Source: Octopus sinensis
Lineage: Eukaryota
Direction of reading: 5' to 3'
Assembly: GCF_006345805.1 (NCBI RefSeq)
Contig: NC_043013.1
Span: 48,980,001 to 49,044,000 of the forward strand
Length of the DNA stretch: 64,000 bases
A program made the position numbers and the translations under genes. The notes below the pieces were generated by a model. That model worked only from the letters and a program-made list of their open reading frames with translations, ran no database searches and had not been told where the DNA came from. Every line of letters starts with the position of its first letter. The stretch's first letter is position 1. Shown here in pieces: positions 24,759-38,355 of the stretch.

Positions 24759-27700
24759 AATAACACAGGTACAGAACTGAAATGAATTGAGATTGCATTT
24801 TTAGATAAAGGTATTCTATAAAAGAGCAAATTTTCGATTCTCTGTCTTCAGATTGCGGTTATACAAGGCTCCAGTCACGAATGAAAAAAATATCAATTTT
24901 GGAAACTCTGTGATTCCAAACTCTAAGGTACACTAGCCAGGAATGACTTGCAAAACAGAAAAGGACAAAAATCACTTGCTAAATTTTATGTCCCGATAAA
25001 TTCTAAATAATTGATTTTTCTGTAAGTGTCCTAAACATTGTGAATAGTGTCTGTTCAAAATATTTAAGATGAGTTATACTACACAAAATTATCAGTTTAA
25101 AGAATACGACGATGTAGAGAGATTTGCTAATACTCGAGTACCATTATAAACTGAAATAACCATTTCTGGCTATGTAAGTGGTTTCCGCTGCAAGTATATT
25201 TCGGTCAAAAGTAGGTATTTTGTTGGGACAGTTCACTTGCTGGATTTAAGAGATACTATATATTTGCTTTTGATAAGTTCCTCAAGTTAATCCGAATGAG
25301 AATGAGAAAATGTTAAGAATATTAGACGGATTGACTGAAGAAAAATCGATATTAAATGTGTAGCTTAATTATTTTAATGTATAAATGCAAATCACTTAAA
25401 ACGGAAATTAATCACATACTTATTTTATCTGTGTTTTATTTCGCTGCCAGTGTTCCGCTATTGTCAGGTTTTTATTTCTATATCAGCACAGAATACTTAT
25501 TTCCTGCGTCTTTTGAAATGAATTGAGAAGCTTCATATGAGAAAATTTCAAATAAATTGACTGAAACAAAGGAAAACTACTTCGGATGGAAAAAAAAGAG
25601 TATGGAGAAAATTGAAGGGAAAACTAGGGTGTCGTTCAACAACATGTTTGTGGTGTGGTCAAATTTGAAAGAACATATTTTTTACTCCAAAACACCTTCT
25701 CGTGTGCGAATCTGAAGAAGATAAATTTTGTACGCTTTAGGAAAGGAGGTGTGGTGATGAAGCTTTATAAAAGACACGAGTACTGGGATGGTGGTGGCTC
25801 TGTGTGTCAAGAGCCGAAGTGTATTGGATTTCTTAGAGTTTAAAAGATAGACTCTAGATAAACTTTTGGAAATAAATTTTCATTTTTTATTGGGGAAGAG
25901 ACACCTCACTAAAATCACTACACCGTTTATCTTTCATTATTTATGAGTTGATAGAATATTGCTGCCTAAATGATTTAAAGGGCATCCTACTCATTCTTTC
26001 TTGTCCATCAGTTCATGTTCTCTATGTCTAAAGTCAGCTGAACTAAAGTTGAAATAACCACGAGAAGGTAGTTGAACATTTTAAAATGTTCAACGGTTCA
26101 ACCCCACAACAGCTGTCACAATTCATTTTATAGGGCGTAAATATTGGAAGATCCATATAGAATTTTTTTTCAAAGTGGCTGTTAAAATCTAATGAAACTA
26201 AAGCCAATATATTAATTGTTTTTTAATTTCAATTCCATTTTCAGCTGAAATTTTGTAAAATTTTCACCTCATGTCCTGTGCTTTTCCACATTAAATTAAG
26301 AATATTATCGGTTTTGTGACTGCCTTTTCCCATCTGGTCCATTCTTTTTACAGCTAACACTTTTACAGCTAAAAAGTAATCGTCTTTACCTTACTCAAAA
26401 AGTACAAAAGATAACAAAATTAACTTTTCTTGAAAAAGATTAAACAATAAAATAAATTATGCAAATGGACCAAAAATAAATTATACAAGAATGCTAATGG
26501 AGAACCGAAGACGTAGAAAATGCTAATAAAATAGCGGTAGAAGAATTTAATGAAGTTAGAAAATATTACAGTAAATATCAATCGACCAGTTTGGAGTAAC
26601 AGCGGTTTGGTCACGTTAGCATTCTCAAGAAATACTTTGAAGGTACCACGAGTTACTTCGCTAACATGGTTAAAATAAGTTTTAGATGTTGTAAATAACC
26701 TTAATTTCTGAAATCTGGTGATATGGTCGCTTACTTTTCAGTTCTCACAATACCCGAGGAACCCCTTTTCGTGTATGAAAAACAAAGCTATCCTGGATGT
26801 GAATGGAATTATAACTGAAGTCCAGCGAAAGAACCGAGTCATACCATAGGATTTTAGCCGTGAAGAGAAACCTATTGCGAGTCAATAAGAATCTATGAGA
26901 CGCAATTACAAAGTAAAATAATAATGATTTCTTGTTGGTTTTTAAAGACTATTTAAATAATTTGTCCAACACTATGGCAAAGGAAGAAGAATTTTATAGA
27001 AGCAAACTATATTTGGCCTTCTCATTAATTTAGCATGGGCAAAAAATTTACTTAATATTTTGGCATAGTTTGGTTAGGGGAAATAATTGTGCTGATGCAT
27101 TACTTATTTCAGAAGGGTGAATGTTGTTATTCCAAAAGCCGGGAAGGAAGTTGATTTCGAAAAGTGAAATTTTGGAAAAAATTATTTTCTAGAAATTTTA
27201 CTGTTATATCAAGCATGTTAAACGACGACATTGCAGCTTCATGTCTCCTGTTCTTCAACACGCATCTCCACATGCGAAAACGGGTGGCCGGGTTTAAAAA
27301 CACCCACAATGTTAATATGAAAGTGAGGTAGGATTTCGAAAGACGGGAGGGGTAGAGAAATAAAATCTTGTACGAATTCTTTTATGAATTGTAATCTCCA
27401 TAATTTTGCACAGGAAATTCATAAAAAAATTTTAACGTAAAAATAAGTATGTGTATATGGGCGGAGATGGTATTAGCTAACATTTGAGAAAGCTATTTTT
27501 TGGTAAAATTTGTTGAAAACAAGATTCTGAAGAAAATTTTGAAAAATACTAATTAAATAATCAAATAGCGGGTATTCGACATGTCCGTCACAATTATTTT
27601 CCAATTTTCAACTGTTTGTAGAAGCCATTGCTATTTATGTTCGGATTCTATTGTTTACTTTATGCATTAATACGTGTGTGTGGGGTGAAATCAAAGTAAT

Positions 27701-29012
27701 GGTGAAGGACAGTTATGACAATTAGGAGAAAAGAATAATTTGTCCTTCTTGAATCAAGAGAAGTCTTCCGACTGAAAACACTGGAGGGGTTAAAGATGTC
27801 TTAAGGATGAAAACAAACAGGTTAGATATGAAAAACAAGTGTGAAAAACGAAAAAAAACTAATTGAGAGTATACGCAAGTATGTCATTCATCTTAAAACA
27901 GAAGAAAATGGAAGATACTAGTGTAATGGAAAATACAAAGACCATCGTCTGGATAATCGATTCAAACAAAGAGAAATATTGAAGACGTGAGGTCAGTGTG
28001 ATGCTCAGAAGGCAAAAGGATTCGGGAATATTAGGAGGCCGGCAGAAAGGAAATGGTGGTAATGGAGGGAGAGAGTGAAGGAAAGGGAGAGAGAGAAAGG
28101 CAAGGAGACAGAAGGGGAAGGATAGAGCAAGTGAAAGAAAGAGGGAGAGAGAGAGAGAGACTAAGATCGACCGAGAGAAAGATAGTAAGAGAGGAAAAAG
28201 CAAGATAGAATGAGAGAAAAATAGGGAAGGGGTGAGGTAAATAGAGCGGGAGAAAAACAGAGAGGGAGATAAGGCAAACTAGAGTGAGAGTAAGCATGAG
28301 TGACAGTGAGAGAAAACCAAAAGTTACTATGAAAAAATGACGGCGTACGATAGAAATGAAAATGAAAACGGTGGAGGACTGCCCAATAATTAACAGAAAG
28401 AACAAAAGATAGCTAATGAATAAATCAATTTTGTCATTTAATTTTATATCCACAGTCATCAAGGTTTCGGAGCTTGCAAAAGGTGAAATCGTTCGACTGG
28501 AAAGCACCAGGATCAAAAGAAGACAAAAAGAAGACAAACTTTACGATCTAAAACAAAAAGGAGGCGTTGGAAAAGCTTGACGACTGAAAATATGAATGAG
28601 ACAAGAGTCTGTTATAAAAATAGCAAAATCCAAAAATAAACATGTAGCAGTGAACAAGCAAAGATATCTTTCGACTTAAGATAGAGGCATACGGAAAATA
28701 CTGCAGTACTTATTTATACTCTGCATCTGTTTGTTCTGGTTAGTCGTAGCAGTTTGTTATTAACCGTAAAGACTCCTGTGTTTCCAGTAGTAAAATACGT
28801 CATTGTTTTGTATGTAGCCTGGCATTTTCCAGACAAATGATACCAACTTTTACCAAGATGGTATCTAAATAAAAAGATGGCCGTTGATATGGGTTTATCC
28901 ATGTCTATTTTAGGTCCTTTCTGATAATTGTTGTACATGACTACAATTATTTTTATCTTTCATTTCACACGAGCAGTCATATTTCCCCTCACAAATATAC
29001 ACCTATACATCC

Positions 29013-29051
<39 letters not shown>

Positions 29052-29769
29052 ATATAATAAAAAGGAAAATGTACACAGTTAACATTGTTTTGATGTATTT
29101 TTTAATATACTTTAGGAGAGTATTGTGTTGTCGACCGGTTTTCTCGCTAATCATCACATGGAAATTATTGTAATTTCATATTTTTTTAGAAGATTTTAGT
29201 TCATGATGTGAGTGGAAGTTTGTGAATGAATCAACAAGTAAAAAATCTAAGGGCATGTAATTGGTGATCATTATTATTTTGGACAGGGGAGGTAATAACT
29301 CATTTTGGGGGGAAGAGATAAATGAATATACGAAAACTCAAAAGCTTGAGTAGTGAGATGAAATACTCGCAGTGACGGGGATGTAATCATGAATTAATAT
29401 ATAGACTGAGGTCAAAGTTGGTTATACGTTGATATTTAGGCGTATTCTGTATTTTTCGATAAATAAATTTTCAGCTATTTGTGTTGCTTTTACATTTGAT
29501 GAATTTATGTGTTTTCAGATTGTTGTTCATTTTTACTCCCCTAATGAGCATAGCTAGATTTTGTACAATAGTGTTGTATACCTCATTGTTTCTAGGGTTG
29601 TGACTCGATATATACGGTAGTGTTTCGAAAAAAGACTCCAGAAATATGTGAAGCTTCACATTTGTCGGGAAACCAATGGTTAAAATTGTGGACGCCCAAA
29701 CTGTGGAACATTCCCCAACCTACTGGAAGACTTGGAATTCCTATTCAAACAAGGAGAGAGGTTCACAAT

Positions 29770-30298
29770 TACCAGACAGTGGCATTCATGGCTTCTGATC
29801 TTAACTGATTGGAAGTGTTATCATGTACATTGCCCTTTCTTGGAATAAAACCCGAATTACAGCAAATATTCTGCACAATACTACAGATTTGCTTGTCAGT
29901 TGTTTGACCATAACCAGTTGAGCATGTCACTTAGTGGCTGATAATATCTGCATCTCTTGTTATGAGCAGGAGTAATGGGGGAACATCATAGCCATGTGTT
30001 GGGAGGAATTCTTCGGAGTTTGAATAATTCACCCCTGGAAACATCATCATAAAACTTTATTCAGGGACCTTTTGAGTGGGATGGGAAATTTTCTGACCTC
30101 AGAAAATTCCAACTGGGCCCCATCTGCAAGGTCATGCGCTGTTTATCTTGATATAAGATCACCATGTCACGCACATATGGTTGTGATGCATGTATCTGGT
30201 GTACCCCTTTCAGACGGGTAGTCATGATGGCTATACTAGGCTCCCTATAGTTGTAAACCAGTGTCACTTTGATGGCATGCATTGCTCTTTCACTCAAT
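29770..30298 (+). mobile_element. ~540-bp non-coding interspersed repeat with (AAT)n tail (probable LINE 3' UTR or non-autonomous derivative)
   Basis: Reverse-complement homolog of 43758-44312; followed by (GAT)/(AAT)n. Confidence 0.75.
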
Positions 30299-30349
30299 GA
30301 TGATGATGGTGATAATAATAATAATAATAATAATAATAATATAATAATA

Positions 30350-30382
<33 letters not shown>

Positions 30383-30824
30383 ATTAGGTATTACTAAAGT
30401 CTGGTGTTTCATTGATAACTCTCAAATTAGAACACCTTTCTCCCCTTAATTTTTTTCTATCGTCCCAATATCGATGCAGATTTCAGTATTAAACTCCTCT
30501 CGTTTAGATGTTTTAAGAAAGCTTGATCATACTAATTTATTTTTATAAAATAATAACGATAGTTTGATTTAAGCATGATATTATACCAAGTTCTACTCTC
30601 TTTCCCTTTTGATCTATATTCTAAGTCAGTTTGAGAAGATTTACCGAATTACATTCCTCTTATTGGAACAAAAATCATAAAGAAACAAGGAGACTCTACT
30701 GCTTAAGATTCACATCTATGCAATACTCACCAATTTTTGAATCGACATATTTCAACGTAACTTTTGCTTCTTACCGAATGAATCGATCGAGCCCAGTACT
30801 TATTACTTAATTCATTCAGTTTTG

Positions 30825-31397
30825 TAAAACCTGGTACTAATTCTATAGGTGTCTTTTGCCGAACCATTAAATTAAAGGGACGCAAACATCGACACCAGGT
30901 GCCAAGCGGAAGCGAAGACAAACACATATACAAAGGCACACGCTAATATATAGGTGTGTGTGTGTGTGTGTGTGTGTACGACGTGCTTCTTCAGTTTACA
31001 TGTACTAAACCCACTCACAGGGCTTTGGTCAGTCTGAGGCTATAACAGAAGACACTTGCCCAAGGTGATACGCGGTAGAACTGGACCCGGTATCATATAC
31101 CTGTGAAAGGCGGCGAGCTGGCAGAACCGTTAGCACGCCGGGCGAAATGTTTAGCGGTATTTCGTATGTCGTTACGTTGTGAGTTCAAATTCCGCCGAGG
31201 TTGACTTTGCCTTTCATCCTTTCGGGGTCGATAAATTAAGTACCAATTCCGCACTGGGGTCGATGTAATCGACTTAATACCTATGTCTGTACTTGTTTGT
31301 CCCCTCTATGTTTAGCCAGCCCCTTGTGGGTAATAAAGAAATAGGTATCATATACCTGTGAAGAAAATTTCTTACCACTATAGCCACGCCTGTGCCT
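30825..31397 (-). mobile_element. SINE family A (diverged), interrupted by a family B insertion
   Basis: Homology resumes on both sides of 31108-31362. Confidence 0.7.
31108..31343 (+). mobile_element. SINE family B nested in SINE A, 19-bp TSD
   Basis: GGTATCATATACCTGTGAA at 31089-31107 and 31344-31362. Confidence 0.9.
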
Positions 31398-31649
31398 GAA
31401 AAGAAAAAAAAATAATGAAGTTACTGGCAGCCAAATTGACATGTTAACAACCATAACTTGTGGAACTTCAAAGAAATGTATGATGTATACAGAGCTACAT
31501 GGTATTCAAACGAAATACACTTAGCAATTCCACTGAATTGGTATTTTCAGTTCCTTGTTGCAAACTTGCATATATTTTAGAAACTGCTCCCGAATTTCCT
31601 TTTGTCAGAATAATTTCTTCTCTAGTAACAATATTGTTTCTTTTCACAG

Positions 31650-31711
31650 ACGTCCTTCAAAAAGGTTTTCGATCTGGCCAATCCTTTGACGAACGGTCAT
31701 TCCGCAAAGCA
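31650..31711 (+). CDS. PDE11A: PDE11A-like exon (62 nt), phase 0/2
   Basis: ttttcacag|ACG...CA|gtaagt. Translates TSFKKVFDLANPLTNGHSAK(Q), corresponding to PDE11A VKFTKSFELMSP. Phases fit both neighbouring exons. Confidence 0.85.
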
Positions 31712-32799
31712 GTAAGTCAATGTTCTCGCTTGCTATCTCCAAAGCATATTTCATGTCAAATCAAAGAAAAAAAAAATTGTGTATGTCATACTGTGTATTG
31801 AATTAATATTGTTATGTTGTATAAAAATAAAATTTAATAATTTCACGAATGAAATCATAACCAAAGTAGGTCAAATATGTGTATATATCAATTATAAATG
31901 TTAAAAATGAAAGATTACACAGAATCGGTTTAATATTCATTCATGTACTTTATTAATTACTTATTAGGTAGTTTCTATAAAGACGGCTCAGAGAATTTAC
32001 TTATGGAATAACTGGAAAGATATACACGTTATCTATCAATTTTCAGCCATGAATCAGAAAAATGGAAAGAGGCTTATAGATACACACTCGTTTATATATG
32101 TGTATATAAGCATATATGCACATACACAAATATTTATAAGTTTATAAGGATGTAGTATAAATATCTCGCATAAACTTAAGTAACTGAAAACTATCTATTT
32201 AAGAAAAAAAAATTTATAAGGGATAAGAGGTTAATAAGTAAGGATATTAAAATAAGATACCAAAATAATAAGAATTTGTAGAAACCAATAAGTACATATA
32301 GCCTAGACATGAAGAGACAGGGGATTAAAATTTGAGGCAGGGAAGAGATAAGGGGAAGAGATAAAGGGAAGAGATAAAGAGTATGGAAGTAGTGAGAGTA
32401 GTTAAAGGTATTCAGACCGAAGAGATTTTATAAGTTGTAATGTTACAGGTGTTATTGTATGTATGATTTTATAGTTTCTAAGGGGTTTATGATTTAGTCG
32501 AAAGGAGACTTGCTACATAAAGTCACTACAAATATACATAATATGATCAGTAGAACATCATAGAAAGGAAAATAGTGTGATCACCAAAATAGGATGAAGT
32601 CAGACTAACCAGAAAGGGGTTATCATGGGATAGTATTATATATAACACACCATACATAACATAACACATAGCTTATAACATATGCAATGCAATATAATTC
32701 ACCATATAACATAATATCTCATGAATTTATTATATTTAATACCAGAGGTTAAGTTTACAACCGATATGACACCAAAATTAATTTGCACCATCAAAGTAT

Positions 32800-33287
32800 G
32801 GCAACTATAATCGTTAGTTTCGAAAATACTTAAATGTACGGGCGATGTTATGCATGCATGATACCCTTAGGTCTAATCTATTATTAATCAGGTTGTTCTT
32901 GTCCCTATACTAAAAAATCTCATACGTTTCCCTAGAGCACATTTCCCACCCATATCGACTATCTCTATAAGGCTACGCTCTCCGTATTATCTCCCATTTA
33001 AGGCTAAATCCGATCTCGCTTTCTTTCAGTTCCCAAATGTTGCTAGATAAGGACGTACTGTTGGCTTCATGTTTGAGTCTAAAAGATGAAGAATCGTTAT
33101 CGATACGTTTTTCTTATTTATCGAACATCCTATATATATAAAGTTACGAGCCTCAGTTACAATAGTACATTTATGAATTACGTTTTGGATTATACATCGA
33201 CTTAATAACGGAGAGTGGGATTTAATTCTACAATTGCAGCCGGGAGCATTACTACAATTAATATTGTTGATATTCCTATCATTGCTA

Positions 33288-33319
<32 letters not shown>

Positions 33320-33361
33320 TTATTATTATTATTATTATTATTATTGTTATTGTTACTACTA

Positions 33362-33427
<66 letters not shown>

Positions 33428-33662
33428 TAATCGTTGTTATTATTATTACTGTTATTGTTTATACTTCCTTCAACTATACTATCATTTAAATTCATCTCAG
33501 CATCAACAGGCGTTGTGTCAGTAATCCCTGTGCTAGTATATACTTCGGAGTCACAGTCTATATTGTACATATTAGATGTGTTATTACTGTTCTTTCTAAT
33601 TCCTACATCTCCATTAATTTTATTCTCATTGTAGGGGTTTAAACTAGTGTTGACAATACCAA

Positions 33663-33740
<78 letters not shown>

Positions 33741-33885
33741 CCCCTCTTGATGATTTTATGTTCTTTCTATTTAACCTGGCTATGGTGGTACCTATATTGG
33801 GGATGGTAGAATACGAGATTCTAACTGTCTTACTGGAAAATATTCTATTATATTTATAGGGAACTTTATAAACAATATTACTCAT
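32800..33885 (-). mobile_element. Degenerate Penelope-like element (RT-EN linker and GIY-YIG) interrupted by (AAT)n/(AGT)n
   Basis: Minus strand gives IFSSKTVRISYSTIPNIGTTIARLNRKNIK, then GCNCRIKSHSPLLSRCIIQNVIHKCTI...IYIGCS and, after a frameshift, LSSNIWELKESEIGFSLKWEII. Confidence 0.75.
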
Positions 33886-33959
33886 TGTATCTTACCTACT
33901 CTTACAGGAAACTGTGAAAACAGACTTTCGGAAACAGCTGTTTGAATTTCCCCGTTCTT

Positions 33960-34373
33960 GTCTCTCCCTCTCCTCTCTCTCTCCCTCTCTCTCTCTCTCT
34001 CCCTCTCCTCTCTCTCTCCCTCTCCTCTCTCTCTCCTCTCCTCTCTCTCTCCTCTCCTCTCTCTCTCCCTCTCCTCTCTCTCCCTCTCCTCTCTCTCTCC
34101 TCTCTCTCTCTCTCCCTCTCCTCTCTCTCTCTCTCCCTCTCCTCTCTCTCTCCTCTCCTCTCTCTCTCCCTCTCCTCTCTCCTCCCCTCTCTCTCTCTCT
34201 CCCTCTCCTCTCTCTCTCCCTCTCTCTCTCTCTCTCCCTCTCTCTCTCTCTCTCCCTCTCTCTCTCTCTCCCTCTCCTCTCTCTCTCCCTCTCCTCTCTC
34301 TCTCCCTCTCCTCTCTCTCTCCCTCTCCTCTCTCTCTCCCTCTCCTCTCTCTCTCCCTCTCTCTCTCTTTCTC
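33960..34373. repeat. Uninterrupted polypyrimidine (CT)-rich tract
   Basis: About 410 bp of only C and T, with a recurring CCCTCTCCTCTCTCTCT unit. Confidence 0.95.
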
Positions 34374-35904
34374 TCATACACACAGTCATCATGCCTTTGG
34401 AACAGCAACAACCACAAAAGGGGTTTTTTTTCTTTTTCGTAATTTTCTCATTTTCTCTTCTTCTATATTCTGAAACATGTAACTCTCATTAAAATAAAAA
34501 AAAAACTCCTACCCCTCTCTTCTCTCCCTTATTGTACTTGTCACAATGAAAAAAACCAAACACTGTAAGTGGATGTGTGAAAAGCGAGATTTGAATTTTT
34601 AAAAAATGTATCTATAAAGCGACATTTTCAGTCATTTATTTAAACTTTCTCCGCTAAATTATAAAATTCAATTATTTGAAATAGATGGTTTTTGAGATTT
34701 AAATTCTTTAAATTCTTGCGTATAAGGAGACCGTGGTTTAAACCGGGTCCTACTTGTACTCTTCACTTGAGTGGGACAAAGAGTACTGAACTAATTGCAA
34801 CACTTTATTGGAAGTAGACAGATTGATCATATATTTTCGCGACCACGTTTGCGAAACAATAATGCTTTATAGACGCAAAATTGCTAGACAGGGAGAATGA
34901 AGCCGTTCCTTAATCTCACTTTGCCAAAACATTTCTTTATATCACAAAGCATCTTATTATTATCAATGAATTTATTGAGTTCTACGCATTCACTTTGGTT
35001 AATTTGTAATGTTATATAAAATATACTTTTTAAAATAAACATACAATTTTAGCCTTGTTATGAACAAAAACGAAAGTGTTTACACTACAGATCTAATCTT
35101 TCTTCGTTCAGAAGTAGTGATTTTTTAGTCTTCTTAGAAACTATCTAGCCAGAAGAAAAATTATTTTCGATTAAATTTCAATTAGTCAAGAACCCCGTTT
35201 AGTGCCCTGCATATTCATCAACTTACATTACCAATACATGCAGTATTAGGCAAAAGTGTCGTCCAGTTAAACTAGTCCTATATTTACATACTCTTTAAAT
35301 AGCTGGGAGTTACGAATCTCTTTCTGATGAAAGTGTAAAGCACTGGCTCTCAACCGGACTCCACATGACCCTTAGGGTCCATATAGCCCTTGAGATCCCA
35401 TATAATATTTTGTTATTAAAATTTATCTGCAATAAATTAGTTATACTTCTACAATACACAAAATATTTTTACAATTTTTTAAATACAATTTCTAATGATA
35501 TTTAACAATAAAAATATAGTATTTTATACACCGAGTTGCTGTGAGGGTCGGTCCATACACTGGTGTAAAGAGACTAGAAGACAGTTATATCGATCCAACA
35601 TCTTTCTATTCATGGAAAGGTAAAAACCAATGGTGTAACATTTACATTCTACCATGAAGCTAAGGAAAGAAATTCCTTACCTGACACTCGTAGTTGTTTA
35701 AATATACTGTGTAGTACATTATAATGAGTTAAGTAATCTAATACGTCAGCACATTCAATATTCTGAAACTTTAAAAGGCCAGTTTCGTTGAGTGCCAGTT
35801 TCTGAAGATTATAGGTAACTATAACTTATTAATCACACTGTGGACAGAAGGTTGTCAGTTTTCCTCTCAGGAAGGTCTGAGAAGAATTTATCCTTCTTTT
35901 CTTG

Positions 35905-35977
<73 letters not shown>

Positions 35978-36396
35978 AACCTATTGTGTAAACACTGCTT
36001 TTCTTTTAGCTTGATATTGTACATTTATTTAAAAAGGTATACCTTGCATTTGAAACTATCTTTTATTAAAACAATCAAACGGTAGAAGCAATCGAGACTG
36101 GAGCTCAAATGTTGACAGTATTCAGACTCTGTAATCTGCTATTTAGCTTACTGGGTCTGTGTTGAATTTCTGTCTGCCTTTCCTCCGGGCCGATAATATA
36201 TGATGTATGTGTATCATGTAGTGTTTCAACTGACTATTTCTTCCCCATCCGCCTCAAAAAGCTACAACCTTGTACCAATATTTGAAGTTATTATCACATT
36301 TAGCTGTGGGCAACATGCTAGAGAATGTAAGTAGACAGAAACTGCGGAAGCTTGACACACACGCGCACACATGCACACAGGTATATTACTTGTATA

Positions 36397-36629
36397 AGGC
36401 TGCGAGCTAGCAGAATCGTTAGCACACCGGGGGAAATGCGTAGCCGCATTTCGTCTGCCGTTACGTTCTGAGTTCAAATTCCGCCGAGGTCGACTTTGCC
36501 TTTCATCCTTTCGGGGTCGATAAATTAAGTACCAGTTACGCACTGGGGTCGATTTAATCGACTTAATCCGTTTGTCTGTCCTTGTTTGTCCTCTCTGTGT
36601 TTAGCCCCTTGTGGGTAGTAAAGAAATAT
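36397..36629 (+). mobile_element. SINE family B, 16-bp TSD
   Basis: GTATATTACTTGTATA at 36381-36396 and 36630-36645. Confidence 0.9.
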
Positions 36630-37756
36630 GTATATTACTTGTATACGGAAATGAGAGCTGAAACCGGTATGAATATGAATACCTGTATGTCTAAATCATG
36701 TAATGTTTTTTTTCTGTGAAATAAAACAGTTCCGTTCTATCAACAGAGAATATTAGTTACGGAAACAATATGAATATCGAATGGCAATATTTATCGCAGT
36801 ATTCGGTGTTAATATTTATTTATGATAAGCCTACTTGATATTTGTAACATCAATGAGTGTTATTTTTTTGCACTTAGATTTGGCTGGCATGCAGCGAGTA
36901 CACTGAAATCACATGATCTGGCAGTTACCGGTGCCCATGCAAGACGGTTCTCGCCTGCTATCGATATATGCTTGTGCCTTTAGTACCGTGCGCCTATATG
37001 AGAGTATCTCTCAAGGTGAATACTGCAGTATTCGGTGTTCTAATAATACAGCCACGTTAACTAGGCAATATAACTGACTTTCCTTCCACATAACCGGAGA
37101 ATCCTTTTACTGTTGTTTTCAAGCTGTGAAAGTTAAACATTGACAACAAATGAATCTTGTTTATTCCAGCCATGTACATAAATTGTACTTTGTAGATTAT
37201 AAATGCATCTTTTATGAATAATGTTTATATTTCCTTGTTAATAGAAAATAAGCGAGTAATAAGCATGAAGTTTTGGCTCAGAATTTATAAGTAACATGTG
37301 TTAAAATTATATTCATTGTTCATTCATACAACAATATAATTTGTATGATAATCTTTACAAAAGCTAGGAATAAAAAATTTTAAAACGGAAATCGGAATAT
37401 AAATTACTCATTTTACAATTTGTTAGAATTACTTGAATGTTAGTCATTCAAGAAGCATATACGAAACAAACAAAACATTAAACGTGTGCGTCAGTGTATG
37501 TGCCTGTCTCTGGTATGTGAGGTTTTATGTATGTGCGTTTGTGAATTCTAAGGACGCTCAGCGATTCATGACGTGAACATAAAAAATTCGATAAGTACAA
37601 TAAGTGGTACCCGCAAGTAAAATTCGATACGATCGAATAATAACTCTTGCAGTTAGAGGTGAGCATGAGTGCAGTCTAATGACCACAAGCAATAAAGGAA
37701 AGATTGTATACGTGTGTGTTTGTCTGTGTGTTTATGTATGTATGTATGTATGTATG

Positions 37757-37847
<91 letters not shown>

Positions 37848-38001
37848 ATATAGTAAAAGCAATTAAGATTCAAGTGAGTTCTGTTGAATTCACATGAATG
37901 CGGTACTTAACTTAGATGCACCAGAAATCTAGATGGTGTTAACCATAAGATAATGCGGGGTGATTATAAATAAGAAAAAAAGCAACAAGAATGGATCAAT
38001 A

Positions 38002-38090
38002 TTTCGGTACAATTGTTTCGTACGAAGACAGCTTTATTAAAGCTGCAAATATTGCAGTAAATATAAGTGACCCGTACTCATCAGCCGAAA
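38002..38090 (-). ncRNA. Type I hammerhead ribozyme at the 3' terminal repeat of a Penelope-like element
   Basis: Minus strand reads TTTCGG-CTGATGA-GTACG...(48 nt)...CGTAC-GAA-AC AATT GT-A-CCGAAA: canonical core, 6-bp helix I, palindromic ACAATTGT helix III, GUA triplet. Confidence 0.85.
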
Positions 38091-38274
38091 AAAACATCTG
38101 AGTTCTCGAAACATCTAAGGGGGTGATGTTACACTCCTGAAACATCAGGGATAGTTCTATAAAAATAAGAGTTAGTTAACAAACGAACTTCTAAAAGTTC
38201 TTTTAGTGTTGCACAGTTATATAACGGGTTTTAAAAAAGTATTTTAAAAAAACCTCTTAGTTTCCCAGAAAATG

Positions 38275-38355
<81 letters not shown>

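Noticed and set aside
25628-25843. Possible extra PDE11 exon (GVVKFERTYFL resembles VVKFTKSFEL)
   Set aside because: The exon at 31650-31711 already supplies this segment with correct phases and strong splice sites; the similarity here is short and probably chance.
28714-28938. Minus-strand ORF with a cadherin-like GNTGVFTVN stretch
   Set aside because: No other cadherin motifs (DxD, DxNDN) and no convincing splice sites.
35326-35346. CTGATGA-A-AGTG TAAAG CACT
   Set aside because: Not followed by GAAA, so the core is incomplete.
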